A stretch of 64,000 bases of DNA from Eledone cirrhosa. Lineage: Eukaryota. The notes under the pieces are model-generated. The model did not search any database. It saw nothing but the letters and a program-made list of their open reading frames with translations, and had not been told where the DNA came from. Made by a program: the position numbers and the translations under genes. This document shows, in pieces, positions 57,461 to 64,000 of this stretch; the stretch's first letter is position 1; each line of letters starts with the position of its first letter. Location: contig OZ024743.1 in NCBI GenBank assembly GCA_964016885.1, forward strand, positions 187,860,001 to 187,924,000. Reading direction: 5' to 3'.

Positions 57461-57659
57461 TTCTGTTATTAATTCTGGCAATATTACGCAAATATGACCC
57501 TCCCCAAATATAACAATATCTGTTTCGACACACGATTTCATATAAAAAACCTCGCAAAACTAATTCATCGCCGCTATATATATATATATATACATATATA
57601 AGTTTATCTATCTATCTATGTACCTATCTCTCTGTGTCTCTCTACCTGTCTGTCTGTAA

Positions 57660-58615
57660 CAATGTTGGGTAGGCAAGTAGCTATATTGTTGACAGAGAAA
57701 TGAATAAAGTAATTGAGGTATTTAGAATATGTGGTAGAAGGATCAAGCTTTGACGGGTGATAAGTAATGCTATGTCTTCTCCAATGCAATCAGGAGTGAA
57801 TGATGAGTAAAAGACCATTTCTTTGAGTTCCTTTTGCACAATATTTTTTTATAACAATGATAGTGACCTCATTATCATGGACGATGGTTTTAATAGACAT
57901 GTTGGGCAGAACTGGGATGGCTACTCAGGTGTACATGGTGTCTATGGATATGGTATGAAGTGTGAGGAGAGATCAAGTCTCGAGGAACTTTGTGATGCAA
58001 ATACCTTAACCATTTGCAATGGGAAAGACAGATGGTTGTGAATACAAGTTCATTGTTGGAGAAGAAGTTACCACTCAAGATAGACTAGTGATTAATGACT
58101 TCAGAGTTAGAACTAGATGGACTTAGTTACTGAAGTCATCTGGAGAAAGAAAGTATGAAAACTGAAAGATCCTGCTAAACATGGGATACGAAAGGTTCTA
58201 CAGTATGTGCATCACTATGAGAATGAGGAGGATGGTAATGAACAAGAGGAAGGAGAAAAGAAGGTGGAAGAGATACAGACCTATGATAAAGAGGACAATT
58301 GTGCTTTTCTGGGAGATAACCTGTACCAGGCTATGGACAAGATCTGTAGTTGGACAAAAGGTGACATTAGAGGTGGAACAATACAGTAAATGGAGCCATA
58401 AAAGCTCTGTCTATACTACTATTGCAAACCATGTATAGAGATGCTAACAGAAAAGTGGCAATGGGTTCAGAGAAAAAAATAGTAGGCCGGTAAGTAGTGT
58501 TCATTAAGGATCAGTGCTCAGCCTGTTCTGTTTATTATAGTTCTTTGTACCATAACAGAAACGTTTAAGATTGGCTGTCCATGGGATCTTCTGGAAACTG
58601 TTGACCTAACACTTA
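57660..58615 (+). mobile_element. old, internally deleted RTE copy (EN and RT remnants)
   Basis: Remnants GFNRHVG..GVHG..GYG, CDANTLTICN, WRKKV*KLKD, VH*GSVLS and FKIGCPWDLL, all paralogous to the intact ORF. Confidence 0.8.
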
Positions 58616-58677
58616 CCTGAGTTTGCAAAACACGTAGGATCTTTACCTGATTTATCACATAATGCGATAACTCATCT

Positions 58678-58743
58678 AACCCATGCAAGCATGGGAAATG
58701 GACGTTAATCGATGATGATGATGAGGAGGAGAATAATGATGAC

Positions 58744-58775
<32 letters not shown>

Positions 58776-58786
58776 GGGTGATGATT
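58678..58786 (+). mobile_element. RTE 3' tail with expanded (GAT)n
   Basis: aacccatgcaagcatgggaaatggacgttaatc(gat)n. Confidence 0.75.
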
Positions 58787-59090
58787 ACCTGAATCTTTTT
58801 AACTCAGGTCTTATTTTGGCTACTATGCTTTTGAAGTACCCTATTTCACTGCTAAACAGCTTAATTAGGTTGCAAAAGCTATCAACTACGTCTCTAAAAT
58901 CTTCCTTAGATTGAGAAGTATTTATTTCATTAGTCTTCTAACATTTTCTACTTACTCCTTTTCTGTGTATCAAGCATGGCCAGTTCTATGAATGTAGCAG
59001 GCTCCTATCCCTTTTCCTACTTATTAAAACTTTTATCTTTGCTTAATTTTTTGTTTCTACATCTGAAATTTCTATGCTAAATCTTGTCTG
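58787..59090 (-). mobile_element. inverted continuation of the old RTE copy
   Basis: Minus strand AKIKVLISRK...NWPCLIHRKG...VVDSFCNL...SIVAKIR matches the intact ORF just downstream of YADD. Confidence 0.7.
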
Positions 59091-59194
59091 ATACTTTATT
59101 TATCAACCATGAAAGGGAGAAAAGCAAATGTGAGCTTGTCAGGATTATATGCTGAGTCAATTCACTATCTGTGTTATGATACACTTAACAAATA

Positions 59195-59405
59195 TGCACA
59201 TATGCATATATACACACACACATACATATGCATAACATACAAACACATAACACACATGCAAAACACACAAAACACACACACATATACATGCACACATACA
59301 CAAACACACACATATATAGCACACGCATAATATATGCACATATAGTACACACATAACACATACAAACACAATACAAACACAGATGCACACCACATACACA
59401 CAAAC
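59195..59405. repeat. degenerate (CA)n/(TA)n microsatellite
   Basis: Direct inspection. Confidence 0.9.
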
Positions 59406-59803
59406 ATTTCTCCTTCATTTTCTCTTTCTTCTCGAATCCCCCCCCCCCCCCATCTTGTCATAATTCCTTCAAACATCTCTCAATCTTTACTGTCTTACTT
59501 GTAGTCTTTCTTTCTCTTTTCTCCTCAGTCTCAACTTCTTGTATATTGCCTCCATGTGAGACACAAGAAAATTAATAATTTTCAGCTTATTTGTGTATAG
59601 TATTCACTCCATAATATACATTGCCAGTTATCAGTAATTGAATAATTGACAAAATAATGCTTATGTATAAATGTCATGATTTATTACAATGCATAGGAAA
59701 AGGAGTGTTTAGTTAGATTTATTATAATTTCTATATAAAATACACTGAAGATGTTCACTTTCAAATCAAGTAACGTTTGAACATTTTTTTCTGTTTTAAT
59801 CAG

Positions 59804-59921
59804 GAGAGTAGTGTTCAGGATCGTTTTCAAGGTTTCCATGACAGGGAGTAAGGAGAAATGGAAGTATCCTCAAACCAGAAATGTGGCACAAATCCTTGCA
59901 GCAGAGTTGACGCCATTAAAG
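59804..59921 (+). other. possible internal exon of an unidentified host transcript
   Basis: Polypyrimidine tract and acceptor (ttttttctgttttaatcag), donor AAG|gtattt, one open frame RVVFRIVFKVSMTGSKEKWKYPQTRNVAQILAAELTPLK; no recognised homology. Confidence 0.3.
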
Positions 59922-60013
59922 GTATTTACTGGAGTTAAACCTGAAATTTGAAAACAGAATGTAAAACACTTGATCAAGTACAATACAACATCTCATCCAA
60001 TGCTGTAATAATT

Positions 60014-60196
60014 GTTTCTACTTTAGGCACAAGGCCAGCAATCACCCAGTGCATTACTGGTACTTTATTTTATCGACCCCGTAAGGATGAAAGGCAAAGT
60101 CAACCTCGGCGGGATTTGAACTCAGATCATAAAGGGACGTAACTATGCTGGAAAGCATGGCGTCCGACCCTCTACCGATACTCCCAATCCACTGCC
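60014..60196 (-). mobile_element. tRNA-derived SINE with 14 bp target-site duplication
   Basis: B-box GAGTTCAAATCCC on the minus strand; TSD ATGCTGTAATAATT at 60000-60013 and 60197-60210. Confidence 0.88.
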
Positions 60197-61014
60197 ATGC
60201 TGTAATAATTTCACCAAACTACCATTGGTATTTTACTAATGTATGCCATACACCTTCTTAAAGACATATATTCATACTTTTCGAAAAAATCAAGATATAC
60301 ATGCGATTGGTTTGTTACTGAAAAGCAAAGAATGGATTTTTAAAACCATCTAACGTTTTTATTACATACTTTTTCTGGAAAAAAAAAACATTCTTCAAAT
60401 TTTTATGTTTTGAGCATCAGGCATTCAGCATTTAAGCAATTTTTATTGATTTTTAAAACAATTTAATCAGAATTTTAAAACATAACACTTTGAATTTTCA
60501 GAAGGAGAAAAAGCATTTGAAAACACTTCATCTTATATTTTGTACATCATTTTGGAGGATATAAATTGTGTTAACACAATATGTAAACAGTAACTGTAAA
60601 TAGTAAGAATTTCTGTCTAGTTAAAAAAAAAAAATAGTGTTTTATTTATTATTTCATATCAACAATTATGAACCATAATTTTGCTGTATTTAGACAGACA
60701 ATTATTGATAAGATCTCTGATGTGGTCATACTTATGAAATATGAGGGACATTTAATGTAGCATGTATAACAACAAGTGTTTTAGAGTTATTGTCTCTGGT
60801 AAAGTAAGTATTAGTCATGTAGGCCACACGATAGGTTTCATATCTGCCATGGGGACTTATTTAGTTCATGTTTTATAACCAGTTGTCCTTCCTGGTGCCA
60901 ACTTTTATGCAACACAGAGCAGAAACCATACATTTCAATTTATAAGTTGCATCAGTAAATAATTTGTACCCACTTTGTGCTGCATCTGAGGCAAAAACCA
61001 AACTATTCATCAGC

Positions 61015-61150
61015 TAGCTTAGACTCGACAATCTTCCTGCACCTCTTTGCCAGACAACTAGCATAGACTTTACCTTAATAAGGAGATCCCTCTGTAATTG
61101 GAGCAATCACTCTCGTCTCCGTTTTGGAAAATTGGAATTACCTATTCTGA
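61015..61150 (-). mobile_element. short RTE/Expander RT fragment
   Basis: Minus strand VIPIFQNGDESDCSNYRGISLL. Confidence 0.65.
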
Positions 61151-61275
61151 AAAATAATAACAATTTTGAGATGCAACAGAAAAGATTTTCTTGAGTTATG
61201 CAGATGTTTTCAAACAAGTTTGCTGTTACAAAGCCAAATATCTGGTTTACTTTAATGTATTTTTATCTTTATATT

Positions 61276-61383
61276 TGTATTGCTTGATAGATTACAAAAT
61301 TTAACCATGAGTTACATGTTTTTAACAACTTCATCTTTCTTATATAACTCATGGTTAAATTTTGTAATCTATCAAGCAATACA
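61276..61383. repeat. perfect 39 bp inverted repeat with 30 nt spacer
   Basis: TGTATTGCTTGATAGATTACAAAATTTAACCATGAGTTA (61276-61314) and its reverse complement (61345-61383). Confidence 0.9.
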
Positions 61384-61979
61384 CATTTTGCTTTTGATTC
61401 CATAACTCTGGAAGGATTTCAACATACTTTGCTTCAAGAAATAAGTTTCAATGTTGTGTAACATATATGTTTTTCAGACAGACATTCTACTAAAGATATT
61501 ATGTCCTGAGGAGTATAAAGATAATCACAAATGAATGTAGTGGAGGCTATAAATAAAAACTACTAGAAGATGATTTGTGTATGTAACATTCAGTAATGGG
61601 ATTTAAAGAATATTATCTTCCATTTATGTCTTTTATCATAAGCATTGTTATACATAATGGCATTGTATGTTGCTGAACATTTCAGCTCATGTTAAATACA
61701 TTTTCTTATCTTTGCAATGGTATTTCTTTTGAGAAATTAAAGGACGAACAAGATGTTTGTACACTTAAGAGTGTATTAAGCTCTTAGTAAGATGAATATG
61801 TGATTTGATTTCATTTTCCCATGAAAAACATTTCAGATTGCTTCACAAACTTTGATCGTGGGTTTAGCAATAATTAACAGATTTCAGAAGAGTGGGTTCC
61901 ACCAGCCTAAAGTACTTTTGATATATAATATAAAAATGAAATATCTATTGATGTCTCAATAGGGGCATTTTAATTGCAT

Positions 61980-63420
61980 TCTTCTTCTTATTCTTCTTAT
62001 TCTTCACCATGTTATAATTCCCACTTATTCCTAAGAGGGTTGTGGGGGAAGAGTCCTCAGACACTCCTTCCAGCAGGTACTGTCAGAAGCAATCATCTCC
62101 ATCTGATCTGAATGAATCCCAAAGCGAGAGCAGACAAGCTCATGGATGTTACCCAACCATCTTGCTTGGGGTCTACCCCTGGGTCTCCTGCCAGTTGGTT
62201 TAGCCCATAAAACCTGTCCAGCAATTCTTTCCTGAGACATTCTAACCACATACCAATAGTATCGGAGCTGTGATCTCTCAATTTGGAAAAGTAGTGGCTC
62301 TACCTGAAGTGACTCTCTGATCTCTGAGCTATGCACTTTATTGAGTAACATTACTCCAAAAACTCTTTCGAGGAACCCCCTTTCGACTGCTTGTATTTGT
62401 GATCATATTCTTTTGCACCTAGCTCTCTTCTTCTGATTGCCAAATGCTGAAGCTGATGCATTATTGCACCAGCTCCTGCAATTGTTGTAAATGGAGAACA
62501 CAGCCCTGAGATACTTGAATCTACATCTGCTTCAGTGGAACTCCATTCACATGTAGAGTGCACTGTACAGGCTTCCTTGAAGGACACATGTCTCAGTTTT
62601 CACAGCACTGATTTTCATTCTAGCCATGCAGCACTCGTCATCAAACCTATTGAATGCAAGCTGGAGATCACCTTCTGTCATGGTAAGTGACACCATGTCG
62701 TCTACAAATTCCAGGTGAATGATTTCACATCCATCAGTCATTATACCACTTCCAACCCGGCTGCGATTGTCAATCCTGTTCATGAAAATCATGAACAGGA
62801 AAAGTGACTTTAGTTCAACAAAGAAAGTGTTTTGGCAGACTATCTTCCGACTTTGTAGTAAGAAATCCTTCTCTACTCTTGCTATCAGGAATACATCTGG
62901 GATTCTCCTGTCTTCAGAGAGGTGCATCCTTGCGAGGTGGAGAGAATACTTTGCTAATGTCATAAGCCTGATCACAACAACAGCATCTTCTGATGTATAT
63001 GAGGCACATCTTGAAGAAGTGACTAATCACACTGAGGTCACAAAAGCGGTTAAAGAGCTCAAATGTGGCAATGTCATCGGGGAAGATGAAATCTGGTCTG
63101 AGATATTAAATGCCTTAAATAGAGAAGATATTCTCTGACTAACTTGTGTGTACCTGGTGGCCTGGGCCTCTGAAAAGGCACCTAAGCAATGGCAAGTGGG
63201 AATGATAATCACAATTTTCAAAAAGGCAGGCAAGAGAGAGTATTCCAATTACAGAGGGATTTTCTTGTTAAGCCTCCCCAGTAAAATCTATGCTAAGTGT
63301 TTGGCAAAAAGATATAGGGAGATTGTCGAGTTCAAGCTAGCTGATGAATAATGTGGTTTTTGCCCTGGATGCAGTACAGCCAACCACACTACAACAGGTC
63401 TTCAAGAATCGTGGGAGTTT
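61980..63420. mobile_element. Expander/Rex3-like RTE LINE with inverted 5' segment
   Basis: Minus 62808-61980: LFMIFMNRI..FVDD..KTE..IERSQLRY..RPRGRP..LPPQPS* plus an (AAG/AAT)-rich tail. Plus 62803-63420: KVFWQTI..RWREYF..NYRGI..CGF. Confidence 0.88.
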
Positions 63421-64000
63421 AGAGAATTGGTCACAGGGTTATTTACTTTGGTAAACGCCACTGCAGGCCAACCACTAATTAAATTCGATACAGATATAAT
63501 AAGGTTAACAAACTTACTCGTGAGTGAACTGACGGAGAGCCGGTCGCCAAATAATCAGCACGGTAAATTAAATGTTATTGAGACACGAGTAACATAATAA
63601 TGATGTCAACAGCAGAAATTAGAGATGAAATGGATGTTTATTTTTGTTGTAGCACAAATAATGTTGGTTAACTTGTATGGTTGAAGTTACACATAAAAAG
63701 TGAGGTTACAAAAGGGAATGTGTCATTGCGCCGGAAAGTCGGCAGGTTAAGGTGCAAAATCTCACCGTCACATGTACGTGTTGCTGGTTCGAAGTCCCAG
63801 GTGCGAGAGAGAGATTTTCTTCAAATCTTCGCGGGTAATTTCTCTCTCAGGACGCGTAGGGATACATCCTCTTCTGCTGGCGCTGATTGGCTGAGCTGAG
63901 CCAAATCACGCACAGAGAATGCATGTGAGCCCGCGGAATGTAGGTCACTACAGGAGTATTGTTAAGAGGTATATTCTTGTTTTGTAGACCTCTAAAAGGC

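Larger units (their letters stand above)
55659..57574. mobile_element. Penelope-like element (probably Naiad clade), 5'-truncated, as a head-to-head inverted duplication
   Basis: 929 bp arms (55659-56587 and 56591-57519) with a 3 nt GGG spacer; one mismatch noticed (55742/57436); right arm has 55 extra nt; (TA)n on both flanks; encodes a GIY-YIG endonuclease C-terminus. Confidence 0.9.

Noticed and set aside
60100-60196. tRNA gene
   Set aside because: A/B-box-like head continues into a SINE body flanked by a TSD, and no complete cloverleaf is evident

Overview
AT-rich animal genomic DNA made up almost entirely of repeats; the SINE/RTE/(GAT)n/(TA)n repertoire looks cephalopod (Octopus-like), which is an inference. 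Positions 2201-38331 are one ~36 kb tandem array of a 47-51 bp unit built from trinucleotides (ACA ACA ACA GCA GCA GCA ATA ACA ACA ACA GTA ACA GTA GTA ACA ACT) with nested higher-order duplications. Its many predicted ORFs are artefacts of the repeat. The remaining ~26 kb holds one intact RTE LINE (1022 aa ORF: APE endonuclease, RT, and a PHD-type finger inside the RT) and many truncated or inverted RTE/Expander copies, two with twin-priming-like topology. It also holds a Tx1/L1 3' fragment, tRNA-derived SINEs, bipartite RTE-derived short elements and several MITE/foldback elements. A near-perfect 1.86 kb palindrome of a Penelope-like (Naiad-type GIY-YIG) element carries hammerhead-like motifs, and its centre suggests formation by cDNA self-priming. 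No confident host gene was found; one possible exon is noted.
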